Origin: Blastocystis sp. Blastoise
Taxonomy: Eukaryota; Protista; Bigyra: Opalinata
NCBI GenBank assembly: GCA_039096225.1
Contig: JBBPEB010000026.1
Coordinates: forward strand, 558,001-622,000
Reading direction: 5' to 3'
Length of the DNA: 64,000 nt
Positions 49,867 through 64,000 of the stretch are shown one piece after another. How positions within the stretch are numbered: the stretch's first letter is position 1; each line of letters starts with the position of its first letter. Under the pieces are notes generated by a model. It was not told the origin of the DNA, did no database searches, and saw nothing but the letters and a program-made list of their open reading frames with translations. Position numbers and translations under genes: made by a program.

Positions 49867-49884
49867 TTCTAGAAATTTCTAGAA
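49867..49884. promoter_or_regulatory. Heat-shock-element-like site upstream of Tc1 transposase
   Basis: TTCtaGAAatTTCtaGAA, 110 bp upstream of the ATG. Confidence 0.55.
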
Positions 49885-50119
49885 TATATTCTACATGTTA
49901 TTACAATTCAAACAAAAAAAACCGCGTCAAAAAATTCCCCGTAACTATTGAAAACGATAAGGGTTGTCAGGTTTTGGCACTGATTGTATATGGGGCTAAA
50001 CACAATGACTTCTAGAAACAACAATTATTCGATTGTCTTTATGGCTGAACACACAAAGATATGGGATGATAAAGTAAATATTTTTTCAATTTATATTTTT
50101 ATTTAATAAATATCTGAAG

Positions 50120-53100
50120 ATGAGATCATTTATTATATATTTATTTATTGCTTTAGGTATGTTACATTTATTTTATAAGTTTTAATTTCTTTTTAATATA
50201 GCTGTTGCTCAAACATGTACGTCTAATCAGATGAGTGTTACATTAAGAAGAACCTACAAGGGTGATGCTACTCAAGAGGGTATTCAGATTTGGCAAGGGA
50301 ATTATCAGACAGGTAGAAAAATAGGTGAATGGGATGGTAATGGAAAAGATAATACAGTTCAAACTTATTCTCTTTGCTTGACTTCTACTTTACATACTGT
50401 TGTTGCTATTGATGGGTATATACATATATATTTGAAATATTATTATTCTATTTTTTATTAATAAAAAAAAAATGATTATAAATAAAAAAAATAATATATA
50501 TATAATAAAAATAATAATATATTTTTTTTATTATAGTGCTAAGAATGGTTGGACTGATGGTTCTATTTTTGAGATTGTTACTAGATCTGGTATTGTTATT
50601 CTTAAGGGTACTCTTGATAATTATCAAATGAAACAATTTACTTTTTATCGTATATATAAATATATTTTTTATATATTCATTATATTTTAAATAATTTTTT
50701 AAAACTATTCTTTATTTAAAAACCCTAATATTATATATTCTCTATTCTCCAATTAATCTAATAAAAAAATATTTGATTTTAGCTGCTTTTACTATAAAAT
50801 CAACTGATTCTTGGAAATATTCAACTACTTCTCAAAGTGATAATCAATGGACTGCTTCTGGTTATTCTGATTCTACTTGGACTTCTTATGCTCCTGGTTC
50901 TTTTCCTGCTGTAGCTTCTATTACTAGATATTTCCGTGCTACTGCTACTGTACCTACTGATAAAACTAGTTTTGCTGTTATTGATGCTGGTGTTTTCACT
51001 AAAGATGGTGTTGCTATATATATTAATGGTCAAGAAGTATATCGTCGTAATCTTGCTACTAGTGCTACTGGTAGTACTCCTGCTACTTCAATTGATGCTA
51101 ATGCTGGTTATAGACGTATAACTATTCCAGTTTCTTCTTCTTTTATCACTGGTTCTACTATTACTATGGCTGTTGAATTACATGCTCAATCTGCTGCTAC
51201 TGCTACTGAAGATTTTGTTGGTGTTTTAATTTTTGTTTATGGTCCTTCTGTTTCTCGTAATATCGATTTTACTGCTAATGCTGAAAGAGCTGCTGATTAT
51301 AGTCCTGAACCTGTTTCTCAAGCTTTTGATGGTGATATTCAAACTAAATGGTATGCTTCTTCTCTTCCTATTTGGGGTGAAATGCAATTTAATAATGGTA
51401 GAAAAGAATGGATTAATAGATATACTATTACTGTAGGTAATTATGATGTTAATCGTAGACCTACTTCTTGGAAAATATTTGGTTCTAATGATGGTTCTAC
51501 TTATACTCTTCTTGATTCTAGATCTAATCCTGTTTGGGATGGTTATAGAACTAGTAATACTTTTGAATTAAATACAAATAGTATTTCTTATAATATATAT
51601 AGAATTCAAATTCTTACTACTGCTGGTAATTCTGAAATGGAATTAGGTGATGTTGAATTCTTTGCTACTACTAGTGCTATTGAAACTCCTTCTCTTTCTT
51701 ATGGTACTACAAGTGTTGCTTTAATTGCTAATATGGATGAAAAGATCTTACAACCTACTCAAAATGGTTTCCAATCTTTTACTATTACTCCTTCTCCTGC
51801 TACTGATTCTGGTATTACTTTTGATACTACTTCTGGTTCTTTAAAAATTGTTCCTACTTCTATGATTACTCTTACTCAATATCAAATATCTGCTCAACAT
51901 ACTTCTAATTCTCAAACTTATACTACTACTATTAGTATTTCTGCTACTGAATGTACTTCTCCTTCTATTCGTTTTAATGTTATTCAATATGTTTCTAATT
52001 CTGGTACTTCTGGTGAACCTGAAACTGTTACTATTTATAATTCTGGTAATACTCAAATATTTACTTATTCTATTACTCCTTCTGATTCTGAAAGTATAAC
52101 TAAAACTCATAAATTCTGTCAAGCTGTTGGTACTTATACTATTACTTTATCTTCTACTTCTTCTGATGGTTTTTCTATTTCTTCTTATACTTCTGTTGTC
52201 TTATATAGAACTGATGGTACTTCTTTTACTGCTTCTAGAACTAATAATATTGCTAAGACTTCTACTTCTTTTAAGATTAGTCTTCAATATAATACTCCTT
52301 CTTCTATTAAAGTATTAGCTAATTCTGCTACTATTCCTACTGGATGGTATACTTCTTCATTCTCTGATTCTACATGGACTACTTATACTAGATCTTCTTC
52401 TCTTACTTCTTCTACTATATTTGCTTTATATAGAGCTTCATTTACTGTTTCTTCTACTACTGATATTCAAGGTTGGGAAATTAATTATAGAACTAATGCT
52501 GGTACTATTGTATATTTAGATGGTACAGAAATTGCTAGATTCTATATTCCTACTACTGGTGAAATTAGTTCTTCTACTACTGCTACTGGTGGTTCTGCTT
52601 CTTATTCTTGGAGAACTATTACTGGTTCTATGTCTCAATTAGCTGTTGGTACTCATATTTTTGCTATTGGTACTGTTGCTTCTTCATCTTCTTATGCTAC
52701 TGATGTTCTTGATTTTGATATAATGTTACGTTTCATGGCTGATTCTAATACTAATTCTAGAACATGGAATATGGGTAGTGATCAATCTTCTTATGTTTGG
52801 AGTGATTGTAAAGCTGATAAATTATTTGATTCTAATTATAATACTCGTTTTGCTACTTATTTTACTTCTTCTTATCCTGCTCCTCAATGGGGTGCTGGTA
52901 ATATTAATGGATGGTCTTTTGAAACATTTAATATGTATTGTATTGTAAGTGGTTGGGATGCTCCTCAACATGATCCTAAATCAATTACTCTTTCTGCTTC
53001 TACTATTGGTTGGGATGAAAGTACTTTTGAAGTTCTTGATACTCAAGAAGGTATTGTATTTGATGGAAGATCTCAACGTCTTTGTTTCTATATGCCTTCT

Positions 53101-55308
53101 GTTACTAAAGCTTATAATATATTTAAGATTTCTGCTCTTGAAACTAATGTTGCTCCTCCTGATAATGATAAATTTATTCTTGCTGAATTAGAATTCTATT
53201 TAGTAGATTTCAATAAGATTACTGTTCCTGCTTTTGCTTTATCTTCTACTTCTGTAACTGGTTATGTTAATTCTCAAATAACATCAGTTTATCCTACTTC
53301 ATCTTATTATCGTTCTTTTAGTATTACTCCTACTCTTCCTAATGGTTTAAGTTTTGCTGCTTCTACTGGTACTATATCTGGTAGTCCTACTGCTGTTTCT
53401 TCTGGTACTTATACTATAAGTGCTGTTTCTATTACAGGTACTGCTGTTTCTATGACTGTTACTATTAATATTCAAACTTGTTCTTTACCTAATGTTTTCT
53501 TTAAATTATATTTTAGTGGTATGGAAGGTTCTGATGCTAATCAAAATGGTTTTACTTTAGCTAATATGGCTGGTATTACTATTGATTCTCTTACTTCTTT
53601 CCCTAGTTATTTACTTACTGGTTTAACTCGTGGTTATTGTCAACCTTCTGGTGCTTATATTCTTACTCTTACTGATGCTTATAGAGATGGTTGGGGTGAT
53701 GCTATGGTAACTGCTTATAATGAAGATGAATCTGTTATTATTTCTACTACACTTCTTTCTGGTGAATCTCCTAAGACAGTATATATTAATGTTGGTTATT
53801 TATTAAGATATGGTCAAACTACTTGGAAATATACTACTTCTGCTCAAACTGGTAGTAGTTGGACTACTTCTACTTTTAGTGATTCTGCTTGGTCTTCTTC
53901 TGTATCTGGTTCATTCTCTGGATTATCTGGTACTACTGTTTATTATAGAGGTTCTTTCTCTGTTAGTAGTATTTCTACTTATGCTTTATATGAAATATCT
54001 CTTAAGATTAAAGCTGGTATTATAGCTTATCTTAATGGTGTAGAAATCTATAGATATAATCTTCCTACTGGTAATACTGTATCTTCTACTACTCTTGCTA
54101 ATTCTGAATTTTCTGATGTTACTACTGTTACTACTAGTGAATCTGCTCAATTTGGTAATATGATAGATGGTACAAATGTATTAGCTGTTGAAATCCATAG
54201 ATATAGTGATGTTCAAGAAACTACTTTTGATGCTCAAATTGTATTACAATTATCTGGTAATAATAGAGTAGGTGGTGGTGTTGTTACTACTAATGTTGCT
54301 GGACATGATACTACATCTTATCATGAAACTGAAGATAAAGCATTTGATGGTATTTTAACTACTAAATATTATGGTAAAGGATGTGGTCAGACTGTATGGT
54401 TAGAATATACTTATAATTATGGTCGTAAAGAATTTGTTTCTTCTGTTGCTATTTCTCGTGGTAATAATGCTAATCGTTTACCTTCTCAATTTATGCTTTC
54501 TGGTTCTAATGATGGTATAAATTATGTTAATTTAGCTGCTGATTTCAATTTACAATTTGGTACTTATCAAACTTCTGCTGGTACTGTTACTATTCCTTTC
54601 TTTAATAAAGTAGCATATAACAAATATAGAGTTTATTTAGATATGCAAACATGTAATGAAGGTGTTGAAGTAGGTGAAATTGAATTAACTGCTTCTAGAA
54701 TTGAAAATTATTGTGCTGCTGATGGTTTATATGGTGAAACATTATCTGGTCAAAGTGGTTGGAGAACATGTGGTCAATATTATTTTGGTGCTTATACTCG
54801 TCCTTGTACTTCTGGTGTATGGGGAACTGAAACATCTTTATGTATTCCTACTCCTCCTCGTTCATTCAATTATACTGCTAAATCTTATGTATTCAAGACA
54901 AAGAGAGATAATTCTACTCCTGCTCCTACTTATCAAGCTGCTGAAGTTAATTTCACTGTATCTCCTACTCTTCCTTCTGGTTTATCTATTAATGTGAATA
55001 ATGGTATTATTAGTGGTAAACCTCAATCTGATTTCTCTGAAACTGATTATACTATTACTATCAGTAATATCAGTGGTTCTAGAACTACTACTGTCACTTT
55101 AAGTTCTATTGCTGCTACTGACTTAGAAGGTTGGGCTATTGCTCTTATTGTCATTGCTTGTATTGTTATCGTAATCTTCATTGCCTTTATTGTATTTATT
55201 GTTCTTAACAGACGTAAAGGATCCAAGAAAGGTAATCATAAAGTCATGAAAGCTGGAGCTAAAGCTACTACTCCTACTAAAGCTACTGATAAAAAAGTCA
55301 GAATCTAA
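50120..55308 (+). CDS. Large type I membrane surface protein with repeated galactose-binding/F5-8C-like and Ig-like domains
   Basis: Signal exon MRSFIIYLFIAL. Three repeats of WKY...W....FSDS.W / Y.NG.E..R and AFDG...TK motifs. LP.GLS....G.ISG.P Ig-like motif, C-terminal TM helix and short basic tail. Confidence 0.8.
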
Positions 55309-56174
55309 ACATATTTAATTATTATAGTTTTATATATATATATATATTTTCTTGTTTTTCATATTTCTTATATATATATATGTGATTTAAAATAATACTT
55401 GTAAATAAGTCATAATAATAATCTTTTTGTTCAAAGATTTCATATTTATTTTTTTTTTGTTTACGTGTATTAATAGACTTTTATAAATATTTAGATTGTT
55501 TTGTTTTGAAGTTCAATATAAATTATGTTTTGAATAAAAATATATATTTTTGACTCTCGGGTTTTTTGTATATAAGTTATTCACATGATGTTTTTTTTCC
55601 ATTATTTTATTGCATAAAAAAAACATTGGAGTTTTCTTATGGGCTCATAAGTATTTGACTACTATATAGGTCAATAGTAATATATACGTATATATTTTTT
55701 AAGAATAAAAAAAGGTTAATTGTATTATTTTATAAGCTTTCAGACTTTTGCATAAAATGAGTGATCTATCTCATAAAACTCGTAACCTACTACATAAAAT
55801 ACGTATCTAAAACATAAAATGACAATTAAATAATTCAATTGACACTCGACGAATAATAAGAAATGATATATTTTTTTCATTCAAATGCATATTAAGAATA
55901 TAATGCGATGAATCCTCATAAAAAAAAACATACAAGAGCAATTGACCTTTTTAACATAGAGTATACATTACGATTCTATTCATTGGTTCTTCATAATGAA
56001 TTGTCTGTTTTTATTCATAAAAAGTTAATCCTGGGGATTTACAAAATTATGGAGGACATTTGTATTCTATCGATAGATTGCGGGTTTATAGTATTCTGTA
56101 AAAAAACAGAAGAGTGTTGAAGAAGGTCACTTTTTAAAAACTTTAATATTTCTAGATATATTGCAAATATAGAC

Positions 56175-56945
56175 ATGAAAGTATGTTTATTGAATTAGAT
56201 AACTCTATGCGATCTAGGCTATACTTATTTTCTTATCTATGCTTGCCGTAGCATTATCAGTTTCTTGTAGTGCTAGTACTTCCGGTGGCTATGATTGGCC
56301 TGAAACAATTATCCCTGATGGACAATCAACCATTACAGTTCAACTTCCATGTAACATTGGCGTTGGTACTGTTTCTAGAACATGTCTATTTAGTAGAAAT
56401 CGTGCTTCATGGGGCCCTATTTCGACACAATGCGGTATGTATATATAAGTTATTCTTTGATTGTATTATTATTATATAATAAATATATTTAGAATGCGCT
56501 CCTGATGATATTTGGACTTCTATATCACTTGGTTACCCTCTTACTCTTAGCTGTAGAGGTACAGTTACTGGCGAAAACTCTGATGCTAATCGTCTTTGTC
56601 AAACTGATGGTGTTTGGGGACAAATAATGAATTCTGCTAATTGTAGTATATATTTATTTGAGAATATATTTTAATGTTTCGAACAAACTGCTTTTATAAT
56701 TATAAATTGATTAAATATTATTTAATTTAACTTTTTGTTTCTAGAATGTGCTGGAATTGGCGATGTATTTGATGATACTATTTCAAATACTATTGTTTCC
56801 CAAGAATGTGATGCTGGTAGTCTTGATAATTACTGTAATGCTGTTGGTGTATGGGGAGAAACTACAAATAATGATTGCCGTAAGTTTTTTTTTAATAATT
56901 AAAATATATATTTTTTATTGATTATAATGCATAGCTTATATGTAT

Positions 56946-56987
<42 letters not shown>

Positions 56988-59900
56988 TTGTGTAGCTGTA
57001 GATGATTGGATGGATGCTGATTATGATACTGTTGCTATTCTTACTTGTGGTAGTGGTGCTATTACTCGTAGTTGCTCCTCTAAGGGACATTGGGATGAAG
57101 CAGATTCTACTACTTGTGGTATATATATTATTTATATATTGTATTATAATATTATAATATATTGTATTGAATTATATTTTTATATTTTTTAAATGATTTT
57201 TTTTTTCTATTTTTTTTCTAATAATTTAAAAGTATATTATTTGAATAAATAATATTATATATGTATATATATATAGGTTGTGCTGCTGAAAATGGTTATG
57301 ATTTCGTTGTTATTGAATCGACAGCTACTGCTCGATGTGATTTAGGATCACGAACTCGCTCCTGTGACGCACCTCGTGGTACTTGGGGAGAAGAAAATCT
57401 CTCTAATTGCTGTATATTTATTATTATCTTATATTATTATTAATTTTAGACATTATATATTATATATATATAAATTTCTTGTTTTTTATTAATATATATA
57501 TATAGTTTGTCGTGAGAATTCTATTAATGGTGAAAGCTGGCCTCAAACTGGTGCTGGTAGTTTAAGTGCTACAAAACAATGTCAACAAGGAACTCGTTCT
57601 AGAACATGTAATACTCAAGGTTATTGGGAAGATGTCAATTATGATGGTTGTGGTATGTATCATTATTATATATTATATTATTATATTATTGCTTTTATTA
57701 TTATATTTATAATAATAATAATAATATTATTATTATGTTTATTTTTGTTGTTGTTGATGATAATATTATCATATATATATATATATATAGCTTGTCCTGC
57801 TGATCCTGAAGGCGATTGGCCAGAAACTGAACCTGGTGTAACTGTCTCTATCACATGTGCTAACGGATTTAATCGTACACGTACTTGTAACGCTCAAGGA
57901 TTCTGGGATGAACCTAACACTAATCAATGCAGTATATATATATATAGAGTTAATATTTATACAAATTTTAAACTATATTAGTTGTATATTAGATATTTAT
58001 TATTATTATAATATTATCCAGTTATTATTAATAATATGTATATATATAGTGTGTCCTCAAGATTTCATTACTCCTGCTACTCCTTCTAATTCTATTGTTC
58101 AAGTTAACTGTCCTTCTGGCTATTATACACGTACTTGTAGTGCTAATGGTGAATGGGTTGGAGAAATCGACTTCTCTCAATGCTGTATGTATTCTATTCT
58201 ATTCATTATTATTCTCTATTATTTTCATTATTATTCTATTATTCTATTATTATTTAGTGTTTAATTATTATTAGTATTATCTTTGTTTTTTTATTTCATC
58301 TCTTATATATATATAGATTGTGTGGATGATACTAATGTATGGCCTAATACTCTTGTTGGATCTGAATCCTTTATTAATTGTGGAGTAGGAAAGAAGACTC
58401 GTCAATGTGGATTATATGGTCTTTGGGATGATACTATTAATTATGATGAATGCTGTATATATTATTAACATATATTCTATATATTATTAACATATATTCT
58501 ATTTATTATTAACATTATTCTATATATTATTAACATATATTCTATATATTATTAACATATATTCTATATATTATTAACATATATTCTATTTATTATTAAC
58601 ATATATTCTATTTATTATTAACATATATTCTATTTATTATTAACATTATTCTATATATTATTAACATATATTCTATATATTATTAACATATATTCTATAT
58701 ATTATTAACATTATTCTATTTATTATTAACATTATTCTATTTATATAAAATAATAATAATTATACATATTATAATTTTTATTATAATACCTATAACATTA
58801 TTCTATAGTTTGTCGTGCTGATGTACGTTATCCTCAGACTCCAGCCAATCAAATTGCTTCTGTTAGTTGTCCTTATGACGATGGTACTCATTTATCTACT
58901 CGAAAATGTGATGCTAAGGGAGAATGGGAAGTAGAAGATAATTCTCAATGCCGTATATATATATCATTATATGATAATAATCATAATTATTATTATTTTT
59001 TATAGTATTTTATTTAAATCAATGAATATTACTAAAATTTTTTTAATAATAAAAACTATATATATATAGCTGTTCGTAATTGTCCTGCTGAATCGAATTG
59101 GCCTGAAAGTACTGCTGGTGCTATAGCTACATTAGGTTGTGAGAATGATGGATATATGTCTAGAACCTGTAATTCTGATGGTACATGGAGTACTATTTCT
59201 TATCTTAATTGTGCTTGTTTAGCTCCTACTACTCATGAACCTATTACTATTGGGGATACTTATACTGTTCCTTGTGGTGAAGGTAATATACAATATACAT
59301 GTTCTCCTTTAAATGGTCATTTAAGTGAAGGTGATTTAAGTACATGTAAATGTATTGCTGAAGGATATTGGGAATCTATTAAAGCTGGTACTAGTACTAG
59401 TTTACAATGTGAAGGTAGTGGTATGGTTACTAGACAATGTGGATTTGATGGTTATTGGAATGATGCTGATACTTCTTCTTGTAAATGTCCTCAAGATTCT
59501 CTTTGGGGAGAAGTTGAAGCAAATCAAATTGCTACAATAGCATGTGATTCTGGATCAATGACTCGTACTTGTAATGAATATGGTAAATGGAATACTGCTG
59601 TTAATAATAATTGTATGTGTGCTAATGAAAATAATCAATATTTTGCTTTAAATTATAATGATATTCATTATTGTGATATTGGTAATAAAATACGTACTTG
59701 TACTAATGGTAAATTTACTAGTTGGGATGCTACTACTTGTCAATGTAAAAAAGATGATATTTGGGGTGTCACTTCTTCTGATAATACTGTTTCTATTCAA
59801 TGTAGTAATGGTGGTCATTTAATAAGAACATGTACTCAAGAAGGTCAATGGAGTGATGTTACTAGTAATAATTGTATGTGTACTGGTATATATGATGGTA

Positions 59901-62900
59901 TCTGTTATACATCTGCATATGGTGAATCTACTACATTTACTTGTGGTACTGGATATATGGGTGATCAAACTATTACTTGTACTCAAAATGGATATACTAC
60001 TCCTGATAGAAGTCAATGTATGCCTATGTGTTTAACTCCTGATAATACTTATATTGCTATTGGTGAACAATATATTATATCCTGTAATATTGGTGAATAT
60101 GGTCAAAAATATAGAACATGTATGTATGATGATAAAACAATGACAAGTACTTTAGGAGAAATAGTAAATGAATGTCAACGTATAATGTGTCCTGAAGATG
60201 GTCTTTGGCAACCTGTTACTTCAGGTAATACACAAACATTATCTTGTGAATTAGGTTATTCTGGTAGTTATACACGTTATTGTAATTATGATGGTACTTG
60301 GGGTAATATAGAAAGTACTTGTACTCAATTATATTGTGAAGCTACTAATGAATATCCTAGAACACCTGCTGGTTCTGATGCTTCTATTACTTGTATGGAA
60401 GGATATAGTGGTTATAGAACAAAACATTGTTCTTATAATGGTGAATGGGAAGATAGTAGTGAAGTTATTATGTGTACACGTAATAGATGTCCTGCTGAAG
60501 GTACAGAATGGCCTGAAACAGATTCACTTACTTCTGTTACTGGTTCTTGTCCTACTGATATTGGTTATACTGGTTCTTATGAACGTCATTGTTTAGCTGA
60601 TGGTACTTGGGAAGCTCTTTCTGATGGTATATATAGTACTTGTACTCCTTTACCTTTAAATTTAAATATATATCCTTCTTCTGGAGATCTTACTGTATCT
60701 AGACATCCTTCTATACGTATTTATCCTAATTATATGCCATTTAATATTAATTTATTACCTAATTGTGTACCAAAAATATATAATAATGATGAATCATATG
60801 ATTTAAAGATTAGTTCATTACAATATACTAATGCTATTGTATTAGATATGTCTTCTGATTCTTATTTGAATTATGCTGAATATACTGTTAGTATTCCTCC
60901 TTGTTGGAAATCAAGTAATGGTGCTAATTTACCTTATAATACTGTTGAATATACTATTCATACAAGTATGATTACTCCTTCTGCTGTTGAATCTATTACT
61001 ATTAATGAACATCCTAATGATGGTACATTTATAGTCTCTTTTACTCCTTCTATTAATATAAGTGGTTCTCCTATAGTAGAATATGTATTAGCATTTGATC
61101 CTCCTGTATATACTCCTATATCTATTGATGGTAGTAAGACTTCTTTTGATCCTATACTTATTCCTTCTATTTCTTCTGTTAATGTTATTATTGTTGCTAG
61201 AAATAGTATGGGTTATAGTCCTTCTACTATTACTACATATACTATATCTACTTCTTATTATGTACCTAAAGAAACTGTATCTATTAATGTTAATACATAT
61301 ATTTCAAAGAATACTAATGAAATGACTATTAATTTAGCTTTACATATAAATCAATATATACCTTCTATTTATTATACTTTATTTAATATTCAATGTACAA
61401 ATACTCAAAATATTAATATACCTACAATTTCATTAAATGATTTTACAAATACTAATTATATATATACAATGGATATACAAAATGTAGATACTCAAATAAG
61501 TTGTTCTATTATAAATACATTAAATAATAAACAAGGTCCTAGTACTACTTATGATATTCGTTCTATAGTATTCCCTGATAATGCTATTTATTCTAAAGTT
61601 ACTGATATTACTTATTCTCTTATAAATACAAATAGTATATTATTATCATGGAATATACCTTCTCAATTGTATACTACTCTTCCTATTACTTCTTATAAGA
61701 TAAGTATATCTATATTTGGTAGTAATGAAGAACCTATTATATATACTACTACTGGATTATCATTTATTTTATCTAATTTATCTACAAATACTTATACTAT
61801 TCAAATATGTGCTATGAATGATAATAATGAAGGTGAAAAAGAACTTATTTCTATACCTATTAATAATGATACTGAACTTAATTATGAAAAAGAAGGTTTT
61901 GTAGTATCACTTATTAAAGATACTTTTATTAAATATACTTTTAATACTGAAAAACCATTAGATGGATCTTGTAATCTTAAAGGATCTAATCTTATTTATT
62001 TAATTAATATAGATAAAACTCAATCTTTAATATATAATGAAAATAATAAGAATATGTATATATTATTTGATGGTTTAGTACCTAATACTAGATATACATT
62101 AACATGTGAATTTAATACAATTAGTAATAAATATAGTCAATCTATTGATACTCTTAGTATAAATGATGATATTCATATAACTATATCTATGGATACTCAA
62201 GTAACTAATGTTTATAGTACTTCTTTAAATATTGTTTCTACTCTACCTGGTGAAATATATTGTGAAAGTATTAAATCTATGAATACATTCTCTTTTGAAT
62301 CATTTATGTCTATAATAAAGAGTGGTTCTTATAATGATTATTATAAAACTATAAATGATCATGAAAATTATAAATATCCTGTATATGATTTAGAATCTGA
62401 TACTCAATATTATTTCTATTGTGTAATAAGACAAAGTAATATACTTACTAAAGATTATACTTATACATTTAGTAGTAAGAGTGATGATTATGTAACTACT
62501 CATTATCATGCTGATTATTTACAAGTTATTTCTATATCTCCATTACCTAATACTATTATTAGTAGACAACCTAAATTTACATTTACTTTTAATAGTTATA
62601 TAGATATAGATATACATAATATAAATAATAATTTATTATTATCTTGTGGTGGTAAAACTATTGAAATACCTGTTAATACTGCTAGTATATCTAAAGATAT
62701 GTTATCTATTACTATTTCTGTTAATGAATTATTACCTGAAAATACTCAGTGTCAAATATCATTTAATAATTATGGTGCTGTAAAAGGTATTAATAAGATT
62801 TATTTACCATCTGAAGTTTATAATGGTTTATTTAATAAAAATCAATTTAATATAAATAGTATTGAAAGTGAAACTATTTTATATACTGTTACTAGTGATG

Positions 62901-63685
62901 TTATAGTTGGTTCTATTACTATTAATCAATCTATTTTATCTCCTGTTGAAACTAAACAAAATTTCTTATCTTTTACGGAAGATGTAGTTATTTCTGAAGG
63001 TGAATATACTATACAATGTGGTCAATATTTATCAACTTTTACTACTCAAGATAATATGAATATAAAATATATAAATAATCAATATATATTAGAAATTGTT
63101 ACTGGTTTATTACCTTCTAGTGAAGCTTGTTTATTTATTATTAATAGTAATATATTTAAAGATTTATCTGGTAATATATTTAAATATAATATTAATGTAA
63201 TTTCTGAATATGAAATACCTTTTAGTACAAATGATGATACTATTACTATTAATTTATTATCTATGAATCCTATAAGTGGTTCTCTTTCTGTTACTCCTCG
63301 TAGTCAATTTACATTATATTTTGATAGAACACCAAGTGTAGTTAGTACAAAGACTGTTACTATTGAATGCTTATCTTGTGAAAATAATATGAAATATACT
63401 ATTGTACCTACTTGTTCTACTAAAACTAAATCATGTTCTTTCAAACCTACTACTCCTTTATTAACTAATAATAATTATAAAGTTATATTTGATAATACTA
63501 CATTTAAACATGCTTATGGTAATGAATTTGTTCAATATACTAATGATTTAGTATTTACTACTTCTAATACTGATTGTTCTCTTGATTATATTATGAATGA
63601 ATGGAATGATTTCTGTACTTGTACTAATACCGGTTCTCATTGTCAATGTACTTGTGGATCAGTTGCTGTACTTAGACAATTCTAA
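56175..63685 (+). CDS. Large secreted cysteine-rich repeat protein with FN3-like and Ig-like C-terminal domains, multi-exon
   Basis: Signal peptide MKAILIFLSMLAVALS. More than 15 copies of C..W..T......C.G..RTC...G.W. FN3-like LSWNIP...SYKI...YTIQICA and Ig-like P......FT..F motifs. Confidence 0.78.
58457..58742. repeat. Intronic minisatellite (about 20-22 bp unit TATATATTATTAACATATATTC)
   Basis: About 13 tandem, slightly variable copies. Confidence 0.85.
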
Positions 63686-64000
63686 ATATAAATATATTAT
63701 AATAATATATATATGTGTTTTTCATTTTCTTAAAAGAAGTTATATTTTTTCTTTGTATTGTAGTAATAATATATATATATTTATATATCATTTTATTTTC
63801 TTTGTAAACAGTTAATATAATTTATATTTATAATTACATTTATATATTTATATTTATAATATAGTCAATGTCTACCTCTTGTTCATTTTTATGAATATTT
63901 TCATTTTTAGTTTTAACAACTTTATTTTTCTTTTATCTTAAAAAATCATAGTCCAATATGTTGTTTTGTTTCCTTAAATCTCTTAAAAGAATCTATATAT

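Larger units (their letters stand above)
48561..49986 (-). mobile_element. Intact Tc1-family (DD34E) transposon
   Basis: 25-bp TIRs CAATCAGTGCCAAAACCTGACAACC at 48561-48585 and 49962-49986, with TA on both sides. Confidence 0.95.

Overview
AT-rich, intron-containing eukaryotic genomic DNA. The host is probably a Blastocystis-like stramenopile, inferred from a TGTTTTGTT 3'-end motif and the surface-protein types; this is not proven. The flanks carry host genes: GH31 alpha-glucosidase, PP2C, a Rad6-like E2, a large N/S-rich gene, a Cu/Zn-SOD homologue lacking most copper ligands, GH35 beta-galactosidase, TatD, tRNA-Cys and two large surface/secreted repeat proteins, plus an intact Tc1 transposon. 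The centre (16990-46000) is a three-element nest. An outer pogo/Fot1-like DD35D transposon (155-bp TIRs, TA TSD) contains a second, intact DD35D transposon. Its own transposase gene is split by a 25.4-kb apparently intact endogenous Polinton-like virus (19329-44748) with 758-bp TIRs. The virus encodes two tyrosine recombinases, an AEP primase-SF3 helicase, a probable SSB, two double-jelly-roll-type major capsid paralogues, two penton-like proteins, an A32-like packaging ATPase, an adenain-like protease and several GG/GxG-rich core proteins. No pPolB or retroviral integrase was recognised. The most striking signals are: (1) a canonical -1 frameshift cassette (A AAA AAC, 7-nt spacer, 11-bp stem) that would fuse a core polyprotein to the protease, as in retroviral gag-pro; (2) near-perfect heat-shock-element arrays in front of the non-structural viral genes and two transposases, but none in the structural module; (3) junctions that reconstruct to a tyrosine-recombinase-type att site and restore the host transposase in frame; (4) GC-rich branched hairpins at both viral termini. 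All protein family calls come from motifs read by eye, not from database searches.
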